In this document: positions 1-9,297 of the stretch, in pieces
Numbering within the stretch: position 1 is the first letter of the stretch
Layout of the letters: the number at the start of each line of letters is the position of its first letter
Origin: Sulfurovum sp.
GTDB lineage: Bacteria; Campylobacterota; Campylobacteria; Campylobacterales; Sulfurovaceae
Direction of reading: 5' to 3'
DNA length: 64,000 nt
Assembly: GCA_020525365.1 (NCBI GenBank)
Contig: JAIZOF010000001.1
Span: forward strand, 889,456 to 953,455
The notes under the pieces: model-generated
What the model was told of the DNA's origin: nothing
Databases searched by the model: none
Seen by the model: the letters and a program-made list of their open reading frames with translations, nothing else
Position numbers and translations under genes: made by a program

Positions 1-78
1 TGAACTTTTTTGAAGTAGTACAGAAATAGTAATAGCAATAGCCAGTATTATTTGAATAATTAGTAATGTTGATGTCAT
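1..78 (-). CDS. secG: Preprotein translocase subunit SecG, first 26 codons only (gene runs off the left edge)
   Basis: Not in the ORF track because it is truncated. Reverse-strand ATG at 78 is preceded by AAAGAGGAAA. Translation MTSTLLIIQIILAIAITISVLLQKSS matches the typical SecG N-terminal TM helix followed by LLQ(K/R)(S/G). Confidence 0.55.
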   Translation of the reverse strand, partial: MTSTLLIIQIILAIAITISVLLQKSS

Positions 79-187
79 GATTTCCTCTTTAGGTGCTACT
101 GTAATAGAAGCAATAATTTGGGCGATTATATCTAAAGATTATTAAAAGAGTGATAAAGCCCTGCATATAGGGCTTTAGTGGAGGGAT

Positions 188-877
188 TTAGTCGTCACTT
201 CCAAAGATTCCAAGTAACTGAAGCATCGCAGTAAACATATTCAGAAAATCAATATAGAGTGATACGGCTGCGTCAACCGGAGAGTCATAGGCTCCATTTG
301 CGATATTCTGTGTATCATAGATGGTAAATAGACTAAAAAGAAGTAGTATTCCCGCAGTGATGATGATGTGCATTAGAGGGCTTTGAAGCAGAAAGTAGTT
401 TACCAATGAAGCAATGATGACTACAATCATTGTAATAAAAAGTGGTTTCCCCCAGCTAGAGTAATCACTTTTAGAGTTGATTGCAAAGAGGCTCAGTGCT
501 CCAAAAAGTACAGAGGTCATCAAGAATGCATTTCCAATAACACTACCCATTCCAGCACCAATAAAAGATGCCAAAAGTGGTACAAGTGAAACACCAGTAA
601 GAAATGTAAAAATGAAAAGCATTGCAAGATTAAGCCCAGGTTTCCCTTTGGTCAAGCTAAGCCCAAAAAAGAGTACAAGCAATTCTGCTCCAAAGATGAG
701 CCATTTGTATTGCATGATTTCCATCACATACGGCATAGTTACATAAGCGCCTGCTGCTGCAGCAATCATACTAGCAGCCAATAGTTGATATGTCTTTTTT
801 ATAAAGTCAACCGAAGCAATTTCTTGTGTATAGCCTGCCTGTTGAGCAGAGGCATAGTCTCTATCATATAAAGCCAT
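188..877 (-). CDS. Bax inhibitor-1 / YccA (TMBIM) family inner-membrane protein
   Basis: 229 aa with about seven hydrophobic helices. The overall pattern, including the C-terminal IYDTQNI...YIDFLNMF segment, is typical of the BI-1/YccA/YbhL family. Confidence 0.8.
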   Translation of the reverse strand: MALYDRDYASAQQAGYTQEIASVDFIKKTYQLLAASMIAAAAGAYVTMPYVMEIMQYKWLIFGAELLVLFFGLSLTKGKPGLNLAMLFIFTFLTGVSLVPLLASFIGAGMGSVIGNAFLMTSVLFGALSLFAINSKSDYSSWGKPLFITMIVVIIASLVNYFLLQSPLMHIIITAGILLLFSLFTIYDTQNIANGAYDSPVDAAVSLYIDFLNMFTAMLQLLGIFGSDD

Positions 878-952
878 TAATAATCCTTTTAATATGGGTT
901 TTTCTATACTATTGGAAGTATAATCGAGTGAGATTAATCTAAGGTTAATTCA

Positions 953-1147
953 TTACTTAAACTCAGATGGCGCCTCTTTTTGACGTCTCTTTTGCAGTAC
1001 AATATATTCAGCACGCGCTTTTTCAGCTTCAAGCTTATTTTCCCTAATAACAGTTTTTGCTATGATGCTTTGTTCAGATTGAGAGACAGGGGTATCAACG
1101 CAACCATTTAAAAATAAGAGAAAAATAAAAAAAGATATTCGCTTCAT
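953..1147 (-). CDS. Small lipoprotein, function unknown
   Basis: 64 aa. Signal peptide with lipobox LFLNGC, then a charged, probably helical tail (EAEKARAEYIVLQKRRQKE). Confidence 0.5.
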   Translation of the reverse strand: MKRISFFIFLLFLNGCVDTPVSQSEQSIIAKTVIRENKLEAEKARAEYIVLQKRRQKEAPSEFK

Positions 1148-1258
1148 TGTATCTTGTCTCCAAGTTTGTATAAAATTGCATCAAATAAAACAGTAGAATT
1201 ATATCGTATGGTTCTATCTATATAACTAATATAAGGTATTAGGTCAGGTGTTGTTTGG

Positions 1259-2080
1259 TTAATTAGGATTGACCAAAAAGTATGCCCCTACAGCAAATAC
1301 TAAGGCTATTACTCCACGTTTTATGATGACACCAATATTGTTTCCTATCTGACAGGAAGAGCATTGTTTGTACTGTTTTGCTTCATACTGAGCGTAGAAG
1401 AAAAACCCAATCATAAGTAGGATTATGGCTGGAAAGGTAATCTTGTCAAAAATGTAGATATTTTCTATGGTACTTTGATTCAAATTAAAAATTGGGGTTA
1501 GTAGCGAAAGACCCATAAAGAAGAGTAGTTTATCTGCAAAGCTAACAAAGTAATCTTTTTTGGAGAATGTAGGACAAACCTCATTGGTCTTGGGTGTAGA
1601 TTCTTTATTTTCAATTGTATCAAGAATATGTTGTCGTTGATCTGTATCTATACGGTCTAGCATGGTGCCACCTAGGGAGAAGTCCATCATTTGTTGAAAC
1701 ATAGTGGCAAAGTGCCTGTCGCTATCTACATTCATGTAGCAGGTCTTTCCATTTCGATCTTCATAAATAATTTTCATCTTTTCATAGCGTGGGACAATGG
1801 CTGTGATATTAGGGTAGTAGCTACTTTGCTCCTCTGCTTCAAAAAGTTTCTCTTTGGAAAGAATACTTGGGTTGGCAAACTCAATATACTCCCCCTCTTT
1901 TTTAACAATGAACATATTAAATGGGTGAGAGACCTGTATGGCGCTTAGTGCATCAAGTCCATAATGCTCCATAGTCTCTTTCATATCATTAAAGAGCCTA
2001 CCGACACTTTCATCGAAGCCACGTACATCACCACAAGCAAGAATGCGGTTATCAGGATAGACAATTACTTCTTTTATCAT
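1259..2080 (-). CDS. Peptide deformylase-like pseudoenzyme fused to a C-terminal three-helix membrane domain
   Basis: The track ORF is 1259..2122 from a TTG. I prefer the ATG at 2080 (MIKEVIVYPDNR...), which has an AAAGGA SD. The N-terminal ~150 aa are collinear with Def, but EGCLS is EEQSS and QHExDH is QQMMDF. The C-terminal ~100 aa form three hydrophobic helices. Confidence 0.6.
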   Translation of the reverse strand: MIKEVIVYPDNRILACGDVRGFDESVGRLFNDMKETMEHYGLDALSAIQVSHPFNMFIVKKEGEYIEFANPSILSKEKLFEAEEQSSYYPNITAIVPRYEKMKIIYEDRNGKTCYMNVDSDRHFATMFQQMMDFSLGGTMLDRIDTDQRQHILDTIENKESTPKTNEVCPTFSKKDYFVSFADKLLFFMGLSLLTPIFNLNQSTIENIYIFDKITFPAIILLMIGFFFYAQYEAKQYKQCSSCQIGNNIGVIIKRGVIALVFAVGAYFLVNPN

Positions 2081-2160
2081 TGGGTTTATCCTTTGTTGGG
2101 GTAAATGGTCAACCTTTTCCAAAGTATTTTAAGCTAAAAATTTTAGAAAGGGCTGATAGT

Positions 2161-2190
2161 AAAAAGAGGGTGTGGGCAAACGTGCCCACA
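2161..2190 (-). terminator. Rho-independent terminator downstream of sqr and the small ORF
   Basis: Reverse strand reads TGTGGGCA-CGTT-TGCCCACA followed by CCCTCTTTTT. This is a perfect 8-bp GC-rich stem with a 4-nt loop and a T-rich tail, beginning 8 nt after the small-ORF stop. Confidence 0.65.
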
Positions 2191-2197
2191 AGAAAAG

Positions 2198-2371
2198 TTA
2201 GTGGCTTTTTTGAACCACAAGAATCATCTTCACATTGATGATAATAAATCGGATACCCTGCCAAATAAGGCATGTTCTCATAAATTTAACAAATGGTGTT
2301 GGCACCATCGCTCCAAAGCTTGCCTCGTAAGGCTTGATATTTTCTTTAATTGAATGGTCTACGCTACCCAT
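2198..2371 (-). CDS. Untracked 57-aa small protein co-transcribed with sqr
   Basis: Hand translation gives MGSVDHSIKENIKPYEASFGAMVPTPFVKFMRTCLIWQGIRFIIINVKMILVVQKSH. The ATG at 2371 lies 22 nt after the sqr stop and has an AGGAG SD 7 nt upstream. It is followed by the terminator and has a hydrophobic/amphipathic C-terminus. Confidence 0.5.
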   Translation of the reverse strand: MGSVDHSIKENIKPYEASFGAMVPTPFVKFMRTCLIWQGIRFIIINVKMILVVQKSH

Positions 2372-2393
2372 GGTAATTCTCCTTTTTCTTTTT

Positions 2394-3863
2394 TTATTCA
2401 GGGATCAAAGTCCAGCCTGGCTTAAGTTTTGCTTTATAGATGAACATGTGGTGGAGGATATGTTTAATCCAGTGCCCTGCAAGTCCAATCTCACCAAATG
2501 TATAATCAAGATCACGTCCAATGCCTGGATACTTCTCAAAGTCTGGCACAATAGGGTAAACAGTCAATGCTGCAGCGGTACCGTTAGTTAAGCCCTTACC
2601 TGCAGAAGCAACACATGCTGCACCCATTTCTCCCATAGAAGCTTCATGTAGATGTGCACCAGAACCATTTTTAATAAGGTCACAGATAGAGTGTGCGACT
2701 GCTTTACCGATGATACCTGAAGGCATACCCGTTCTTGGTGGTGTTGGGTTAATTGGTGTACCATTTGGTGAGCTCATTGGCTTAGAGATGAGGTGTGGTG
2801 GTGCAAACGCAATACCACAAGCAAAGATATTACTATACTCAGGGTTCTGATAGGTTTTTGGCCAATCGCTTGCTTTCCACTCTTCGTATGGTTTTGGCGT
2901 ATAGTCTGCATCAACCTTAAGGAATCCATTTGGTGCGAAAATTTTATCTGTCATATCTTCGTCATCTTTATTATATGCTTTGAGTCCAACACCGGCAAAC
3001 GGAGGAATAAGCATTGCAAAGTCAAAGGTTTCTTCACCGGTTGTTCCATCAAGTAATTCATACTCAATCTTACCTTTCTTAACCTTACTGACATGTGCAC
3101 CAATCATCCACTTGACACCACGCTCAACAAAGAGAGACTCTGCAAAAAGCTTGGAGCTTGCTGCGTACATACCACGTTTGATGTGTAGTCCACCGATTCC
3201 AAAGTCACCAAGAAAGGATTCGTTAGATATCCATTGAATTTCAAGATTATCTCTAACACCCGCTCTTCTTGCTTCATGTTCGATATTAAAGATGTACTCG
3301 AATGCTGCACCCTGACAAGTACACATACCATGACCTGTACCTATGAGTACTTTTTGTTTCTCTGTTTTTGCCTTATTGAAAATTTTCTGTAGTTCAAGGT
3401 TTGCGTGAAGTGCATGGTCTGCAGTACATACAGAAACCGTATGATTCCCAATACCACCTTTGCCATCACCTAGTCCTGGTGTTGCATCAAAGTTTAGTTT
3501 TGGACCAGTTGCATTGATAAGATAATCATAAGTAACTTCCTCGGTTTGTCCTTCTTTACCTTGACCTGTGTATTCAATAGTGATATAAGGTGTATTACTA
3601 TCTGTTTTTCCTTCAGGATGAATAGAGACTGCTTTTGCCTGTCTATAATCAATACCCGCTTTTTTATATACTGGTGCAAGAGGGAATGTAACATCCTCTT
3701 TATTCATCTGGCCGACCCCTACCCAAATATTAGATGGGATCCAGTTCCACTGTGAGTTTGGTGTAACGACTACTACTTCATGTTCATTACCCAGCCATTT
3801 TTTTGCAAATGTTGCGGCAGTGTGTCCAGAGACACCACCACCCATTACTACTAATCGTGCCAT
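2394..3863 (-). CDS. sqr: Sulfide:quinone oxidoreductase (long form, FAD-dependent pyridine nucleotide-disulfide oxidoreductase family)
   Basis: 489 aa. N-terminal FAD Rossmann motif VVMGGGVSGHTAA. Candidate redox cysteines in VSVCTADH and IFACGIAFAPPH. Overall similarity to SQR; the subtype was not determined. Confidence 0.8.
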   Translation of the reverse strand: MARLVVMGGGVSGHTAATFAKKWLGNEHEVVVVTPNSQWNWIPSNIWVGVGQMNKEDVTFPLAPVYKKAGIDYRQAKAVSIHPEGKTDSNTPYITIEYTGQGKEGQTEEVTYDYLINATGPKLNFDATPGLGDGKGGIGNHTVSVCTADHALHANLELQKIFNKAKTEKQKVLIGTGHGMCTCQGAAFEYIFNIEHEARRAGVRDNLEIQWISNESFLGDFGIGGLHIKRGMYAASSKLFAESLFVERGVKWMIGAHVSKVKKGKIEYELLDGTTGEETFDFAMLIPPFAGVGLKAYNKDDEDMTDKIFAPNGFLKVDADYTPKPYEEWKASDWPKTYQNPEYSNIFACGIAFAPPHLISKPMSSPNGTPINPTPPRTGMPSGIIGKAVAHSICDLIKNGSGAHLHEASMGEMGAACVASAGKGLTNGTAAALTVYPIVPDFEKYPGIGRDLDYTFGEIGLAGHWIKHILHHMFIYKAKLKPGWTLIPE

Positions 3864-4126
3864 AGCCTTCCTTTTTGTTGAAATTTTTACAAGTTCATTT
3901 TAGAGTAACCTTTTTTAAAAACAAATTAAATTCTATTTTTTTTTCTTTAATTATTCTTTTTTGTTATAAAAACCCCATTTAAAAAGAAACTCTCAAGTAT
4001 TTATGTTCAAATAATTTGATGAAATAGAGTAATTTTCTATAGAATATCCTTTGAGCTACTCAATAGATAAGTTATGGTAAAATCAATTTAAATTAATATC
4101 TTAATAGTATTAAAGGCAGGGTTTAA

Positions 4127-6310
4127 TTGTTGTTCTATTTTTCTCGAAGCATACTTTTGTTTCTGCTGATGACACTATTGCTTCATGCATCAATTTGGAA
4201 TATGCCTTATGCCAAAGAAGAGGTTAAAAACAATACACTTTTTACTCTCTTTACCTCACCACCAAAACACTTTGACCCAGTACGTTCCTATAGTGCCAAT
4301 GAATGGATATTTTTGGGGCAAATCTATGAGCCACCACTGCAGTATAATTACTTAAAACGTCCTTACACACTAGAGCCTTTGACATTAACATCTCTGCCAG
4401 AAGTACTGTATTTAGATAAAAATATGTCTGTAGTTAATACGCAAGAGAAGAGGGTAGCCTATACTCGCTATCGCTTTTCTCTTAGAGATGACATAAGGTA
4501 CTATCCGCATGCAGCTTTTGTGAAAGACCATAAGGGAAGACTACTTTATGGTAGGCTAAATGAAGTACAGCTTTCAAGTGTTAAATCAGTCAAAGACTTC
4601 CCAAAGCAAAAGAGTCGATTACTATTGGCAGAAGATTATGTGTATGCCATTAAACGTATGGCAGTCAGGCAGTATCATTCTCCTATTCTTGATACAATGG
4701 CACAGTATATTGTTGGGTTGAAACAGTTTTCTCAAAAGATCACAAAAATTGCTAAGCAGATGTATCAAGCAAAGAAGAGACTTGATCTTCGAAACTATGA
4801 TGTCGAAGGTATCAGGGTGATAGATGGACACACTTTTGAAATTACTATTAAGGGAAAATACCCACAGTTTCTCTACTGGATGAGCATGAACTTTTTTGCC
4901 CCTATTCCTTGGGAGGTTGACCTCTTCTATCAGCAGGATGGTTTGAGGAAAAAAAATATCTCCTTAGATACTGCGCCGGTAGGAACAGGAGCATATTGCT
5001 TGGTAGAGAATAATCCCAATCAGAAGATAGTGCTTGGAAAAAACCCACTCTTTCATAAGGAATACTATCCATCATTGACTCCTGAAGAGATTAATTCGTC
5101 AGGAGTTTCTGTATCATTTTTGGATGATGCAGGAAAACTGTTACCCTTTATTGATAAAGCAGTCTATACACTAGAGAAAGAGAGTATTCCCTTATGGAAT
5201 AAGTTTTTGCAGGGCTACTATGATGCTTCAAGTATTAGTTCTGAAGTATTTGATCAGGCAGTACAGATAGGTTCTTCTGGCAATATGGGGTTAAGCAAGG
5301 AGATGAAAGCCAAGGGTATACAGATGCAAGGAACGGTACAGCCCTCTGTTTTCTATATGGCATTTAACATGGTTGATTCTGTAGTAGGCGGATACAGTGA
5401 AGCAGCAAAGAAACTACGCCAAGCGATCAGTATTGCCCAAGATCAAGAGGAGTATATCTCTATCTTTATGAATGAGCGTGGTGTTCCAGCACAAGGCCCT
5501 ATTCCTCCAGGAATATTTGGATATGAAAAAGATATAAAGGGAACCAATTTTGTAGTGTATGATTGGGTAGATGGTAAACGAGTAAGAAAAAGTATTACAA
5601 TAGCCAAAAAGCTACTTGCTGAAGCAGGCTATCCTAATGGTATTAGCACAGAAACAGGTAAGCGCCTCAAGCTCTATTATGATACGACTGCAATAGGTCC
5701 AGATGATAGAGCACTTATGGATTGGCGACGAAAGCAGTTTGAAAAATTGGGGATTGAACTGGTGATACGTGCAACGGATTATAATCGTTTTCAGGAGAAG
5801 GTACGTGAAGGTAGGGTGCAGATATTTAGTTGGGGCTGGAATGCAGACTATCCGGACCCTGAGAATTTTCTCTTTTTGCTTTATGGTCCCAATGCAACTG
5901 TCGATACAGGTGGCGTAGGAATCAATAGTGCAAACTACAAAAACCCATCTTTTGACCACCTTTTTGATGAGATAAAGACTATGGAAAACACCACAAAACG
6001 CTTAGAAAAGATAGAACAGATGTTACAGATTGTACGAGAAGATGCACCATGGGTTTGGGGTTTCTATCCCAAGTCACTTACACTGATGCATGAATGGTAT
6101 AAGAATGTCTTTCCTCATGCCATGGCAAACAATACACTCAAATATAAGCGTATTGACCCTAAGAATCGGGTAGAAAAACAACAGCAGTGGAATCAGCCAA
6201 TTACAGCACCACTCTACGGGTTTATTGTAATATTGCTACTTTTTTTTATTGGACTTTATAGGGCTTATCGAAAACAGCAGCATATAGTAATCAAAAAGGA
6301 GAAGATGTAA
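4127..6310 (+). CDS. ABC transporter substrate-binding protein, family 5 (peptide/nickel; OppA/DppA/YejA-type), with an extra C-terminal TM anchor
   Basis: 727 aa from a TTG start with an AAGGCAGG SD. It has an N-terminal signal peptide and family-5 SBP signatures (FFAPIPWEV, APVGTGAY). The C-terminal hydrophobic helix LYGFIVILLLFFIGLY is followed by RAYRKQQ. Confidence 0.8.
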   Translation: MLFYFSRSILLFLLMTLLLHASIWNMPYAKEEVKNNTLFTLFTSPPKHFDPVRSYSANEWIFLGQIYEPPLQYNYLKRPYTLEPLTLTSLPEVLYLDKNMSVVNTQEKRVAYTRYRFSLRDDIRYYPHAAFVKDHKGRLLYGRLNEVQLSSVKSVKDFPKQKSRLLLAEDYVYAIKRMAVRQYHSPILDTMAQYIVGLKQFSQKITKIAKQMYQAKKRLDLRNYDVEGIRVIDGHTFEITIKGKYPQFLYWMSMNFFAPIPWEVDLFYQQDGLRKKNISLDTAPVGTGAYCLVENNPNQKIVLGKNPLFHKEYYPSLTPEEINSSGVSVSFLDDAGKLLPFIDKAVYTLEKESIPLWNKFLQGYYDASSISSEVFDQAVQIGSSGNMGLSKEMKAKGIQMQGTVQPSVFYMAFNMVDSVVGGYSEAAKKLRQAISIAQDQEEYISIFMNERGVPAQGPIPPGIFGYEKDIKGTNFVVYDWVDGKRVRKSITIAKKLLAEAGYPNGISTETGKRLKLYYDTTAIGPDDRALMDWRRKQFEKLGIELVIRATDYNRFQEKVREGRVQIFSWGWNADYPDPENFLFLLYGPNATVDTGGVGINSANYKNPSFDHLFDEIKTMENTTKRLEKIEQMLQIVREDAPWVWGFYPKSLTLMHEWYKNVFPHAMANNTLKYKRIDPKNRVEKQQQWNQPITAPLYGFIVILLLFFIGLYRAYRKQQHIVIKKEKM

Positions 6311-7285
6311 ATGTTTGCATATATCATACGGCGTATCTTCTATGCCATCCCCATTCTTATTGGAGTAAACCTTATTACTTTTATACTCTTTTTTATGGTC
6401 AATACTCCTGATGATATGGCTCGTACACAGTTGAATGCCAAGCAGGTAACTCCACAGATGATAAAATCGTGGAAAGAGGAGCGAGGATATGATAAGCCAC
6501 TCTTTTATAATAGAAAACTAGAAGGAGTAGAGAGGTTTACTGACACACTCTTCTTCCATGAGTCGTTGAAGCTTTTTACTTTTGATTTTGGACGATCTGA
6601 TGCTAATCGTGATATTGGTGAAGATATTAAGATGCGTATGGGTCCTTCGCTATACATTGCTGTTCCAACATTTCTGATTGCGCTCATTACCAATATCTCA
6701 CTTGCACTATTGCTTGTTTTATTTCGTGGATCGGTATTTGATGCATCTATGATGGTAATTGCGGTGATGATTATGTCGGTTTCTGGACTTTTCTATATTA
6801 TTGCTGGTCAGGTACTCTTTTCTAAAATCTGGCATTGGGTACCCATTTCGGGTTACGAAGATGATTGGGGCGGCATAAAATTTATTATTCTGCCAGTCAT
6901 GATTGGTATTTTTGCTGGATTGGGAGCAGGAGTGCGCTGGTATCGTTCAATTTTTCTTGAACAGATAAATCAGGACTATGTGCGTACCGCTAGGGCTAAG
7001 GGGCTTTCTGAGTTGCACGTACTTTTTGGACATGTATTGCGAAATGGAATGCTTCCCATTTTGACAGGTGTGGTAGTGATAATTCCTTCTTTATTTATGG
7101 GTAGTCTCATTATGGAGTCTTTCTTTGGCATACCAGGTCTTGGTTCTTACACTATTGACGCAATCAATGCACAGGATTTTTCCATTGTAAAAGCAATGGT
7201 CTTTTTGGGCTCAGTACTTTATATTACAGGGCTCATTTTGACCGATATCTCTTACACACTTTTTGACCCAAGGGTGAAACTATGA
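6311..7285 (+). CDS. ABC transporter permease (YejB/DppB/OppB-type)
   Basis: 324 aa. The start abuts the SBP stop (TAAATG). Motifs include MFAYIIRRIFYAIP, ERGYDKP, FDFGRS and the EAA loop YVRTARAKGLSE. Confidence 0.9.
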   Translation: MFAYIIRRIFYAIPILIGVNLITFILFFMVNTPDDMARTQLNAKQVTPQMIKSWKEERGYDKPLFYNRKLEGVERFTDTLFFHESLKLFTFDFGRSDANRDIGEDIKMRMGPSLYIAVPTFLIALITNISLALLLVLFRGSVFDASMMVIAVMIMSVSGLFYIIAGQVLFSKIWHWVPISGYEDDWGGIKFIILPVMIGIFAGLGAGVRWYRSIFLEQINQDYVRTARAKGLSELHVLFGHVLRNGMLPILTGVVVIIPSLFMGSLIMESFFGIPGLGSYTIDAINAQDFSIVKAMVFLGSVLYITGLILTDISYTLFDPRVKL

Positions 7286-8637
7286 GACTTGCTTTATTGT
7301 GGACTGATATGTTGGTGTGGCTACTTGTTGTTATGGTTGGTGTATGGGGATGGAAGCTTTCACGTTTGGTAGAGGTAAGGCAAAAATGGTATGCTATTTT
7401 CCATTCCAAGATTGCTATGGCATCAGCAATCACACTTATTTTCTATATATTTTTTACACTGCTTGATTCTGTGCACTTTAAAGTGACAAAGGTGGAGCAA
7501 CATAAGGGGATATATACAGGAGAGATTATTTCACTTCTTGATATAGCGATGATACATCAAAAATCTTACAGTGAGCGTACATACTCTGCACCCTTTGCAA
7601 CCACAGAGTATGCCAAATCAATTATTGTAGGAAAGGATGGAGTAAGCAGACAGGAGAATTTACCACTTAGATATGTTTCCATGGAAGATCCATGGAAAAA
7701 GACTATTCCTGTATTGGAGATGGGTGTATTGTTTTCTATAATAGTCATATTATTGCATCTTCTTTGGACAAAAGAGGGTAGTCTCAAAGAGCATATCAGG
7801 GTTGTATGGCAGGGAGAGACAGTATTGCCATGGCGAACTGGGTATGGTATTTTTTCACTTTTTGTTATTGTCTTAACGTGGCTCTATATCATGAGTTTCT
7901 CCTACCATGTTCTAGGTACAGACAAGGTAGGTGGTGATGTGCTGTACGCTTCATTGAAAAGTATACGTACAGGGGTTCTTATTGGCATCTTGACTACACT
8001 GGTAATGCTACCACTTGCTATTTTTCTTGGAGTAAGTGCTGGGTACTTTAGGGGATGGGTAGATGACCTTATTCAGTACCTTTATACTACACTTAGTTCC
8101 ATTCCTGGGGTATTGCTTATTGCTGCTGGGGTATTGATGATGCAGGTGATGATGGAAAATCATACCGACTGGTTTGCCTCGACCGTAGAGCGTTCTGACT
8201 TACGACTACTCTTTCTTATTTTTATTCTTGGTATGACTAGCTGGACAGGACTCTGTCGTCTTTTGCGTGCAGAGACACTGCGCATCTCGCAAATGGACTA
8301 TGTTACTGCTGCTAAAGCTTTTGGGGTAAGTAGATGGTATATTATGGTGCGGCATATTGTGCCTAACCTTATGCATATTGTTCTTATATCAGTAGTATTG
8401 GATTTTTCAGGCTTAGTACTTTCTGAGGCGGTACTCTCTTATGTGGGGATTGGGGTTGATCCGACAATGTACAGTTGGGGAAATATGATTAACCAAGCAA
8501 GGTTAGAGATGGCAAGAGAACCGATGGTTTGGTGGTCGCTCTTCTCCTCTTTTATATTTATGTTCATCTTGGTGCTTGCAGCCAATCTATTATCGGATAG
8601 AGTACAACATGTACTTGACCCAAGAAATAGATTATAA
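7282..8637 (+). CDS. ABC transporter permease (YejE/OppC-type) with a long N-terminal extension
   Basis: 451 aa with an ATGA overlap onto the upstream permease. The C-terminal permease core carries the EAA loop YVTAAKAFGVS. Confidence 0.85.
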   Translation: MRLALLWTDMLVWLLVVMVGVWGWKLSRLVEVRQKWYAIFHSKIAMASAITLIFYIFFTLLDSVHFKVTKVEQHKGIYTGEIISLLDIAMIHQKSYSERTYSAPFATTEYAKSIIVGKDGVSRQENLPLRYVSMEDPWKKTIPVLEMGVLFSIIVILLHLLWTKEGSLKEHIRVVWQGETVLPWRTGYGIFSLFVIVLTWLYIMSFSYHVLGTDKVGGDVLYASLKSIRTGVLIGILTTLVMLPLAIFLGVSAGYFRGWVDDLIQYLYTTLSSIPGVLLIAAGVLMMQVMMENHTDWFASTVERSDLRLLFLIFILGMTSWTGLCRLLRAETLRISQMDYVTAAKAFGVSRWYIMVRHIVPNLMHIVLISVVLDFSGLVLSEAVLSYVGIGVDPTMYSWGNMINQARLEMAREPMVWWSLFSSFIFMFILVLAANLLSDRVQHVLDPRNRL

Positions 8638-8641
8638 GATT

Positions 8642-9187
8642 TTAGCGATCAATGATTGTTTCATCTGCATCAGAACCAGAGATGGGATTATCACGATAAT
8701 CTCTTTCAGACGATATTTTGTCTGATGGACCATTCCCTATGATGATTGGTATGGCAAAGTTTTTAATATCTGGGCTAGGTCGATTGGTTTGTACTTCAAT
8801 ATAGAGTCGAATATAGTACAAAGCATCCTTGTTGCTTGAAGCATCAACAGTAATAGGGAAATGTAACCCATAGGTATCATTTTGTTTTAATGTAAATTGC
8901 TTCCTCCGTTCAAATGTTTTTGGAGGAGATAAAGCTTCATCAAACGAGATATTAACTACTATATTTTCTTCTTCTACAGTATTGTCGACAAAGAACTGTA
9001 TATCAATATCACCTTGCGCACCTGGTTCCATAGAGACTGGTATTGTGTAGCGAATACCAATAGACGCACTCATAGGACTTGAGGTGTCAACAATGGTCTT
9101 TGAGACAGTATTAGAACCTCCACATGCAATTAAAAAGAGTACAATTAAAAAGAGTGTTATACGTACAATATATTTGATTAAGAACAA
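8642..9187 (-). CDS. Paralog 1 of a three-member family of ~180-aa secreted lipoproteins, unknown function
   Basis: 181 aa with lipobox LFLIAC-GG. It shares the core PG..D(I/V)DIQ.F...N(I/M).V...(I/L)DE.L...Q.FTL..N...LHF...L(Y/H)(Y/H)I.L...F.VP..G with ORFs 9298..9864 and 9946..10494. The alternating pattern suggests a beta-sandwich. Confidence 0.7.
   Translation of the reverse strand: MFLIKYIVRITLFLIVLFLIACGGSNTVSKTIVDTSSPMSASIGIRYTIPVSMEPGAQGDIDIQFFVDNTVEEENIVVNISFDEALSPPKTFERRKQFTLKQNDTYGLHFPITVDASSNKDALYYIRLYIEVQTNRPSPDIKNFAIPIIIGNGPSDKISSERDYRDNPISGSDADETIIDR
8678..8707 (-). repeat. 30-nt segment (codons for ERDYRDNPIS) near-identical to 9997..10026
   Basis: Plus-strand agagatgggattatcacgataatctctttc versus tgagatgggattatcacgatagtctctttc, 28 of 30 identical. 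The surrounding paralog DNA is much more diverged. Confidence 0.8.
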
Positions 9188-9297
9188 TATGGACCCCCTT
9201 AAAATTTACTTCATAAATTAAATATACTAAACATCATACTTTATTATATCTTAATCTCTAGTTTTTTAATGGTAGAGAATAAATTATAAGATCTTTT

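Noticed and set aside
3864-4126. The divergent sqr / ABC-importer intergenic region, as a possible shared regulatory element or sRNA
   Set aside because: The region is AT-rich with -10-like boxes (for example TATGGTAAAAT) but has no clear inverted repeats or conserved operator-like motif. It is plausible as an ordinary divergent promoter region.
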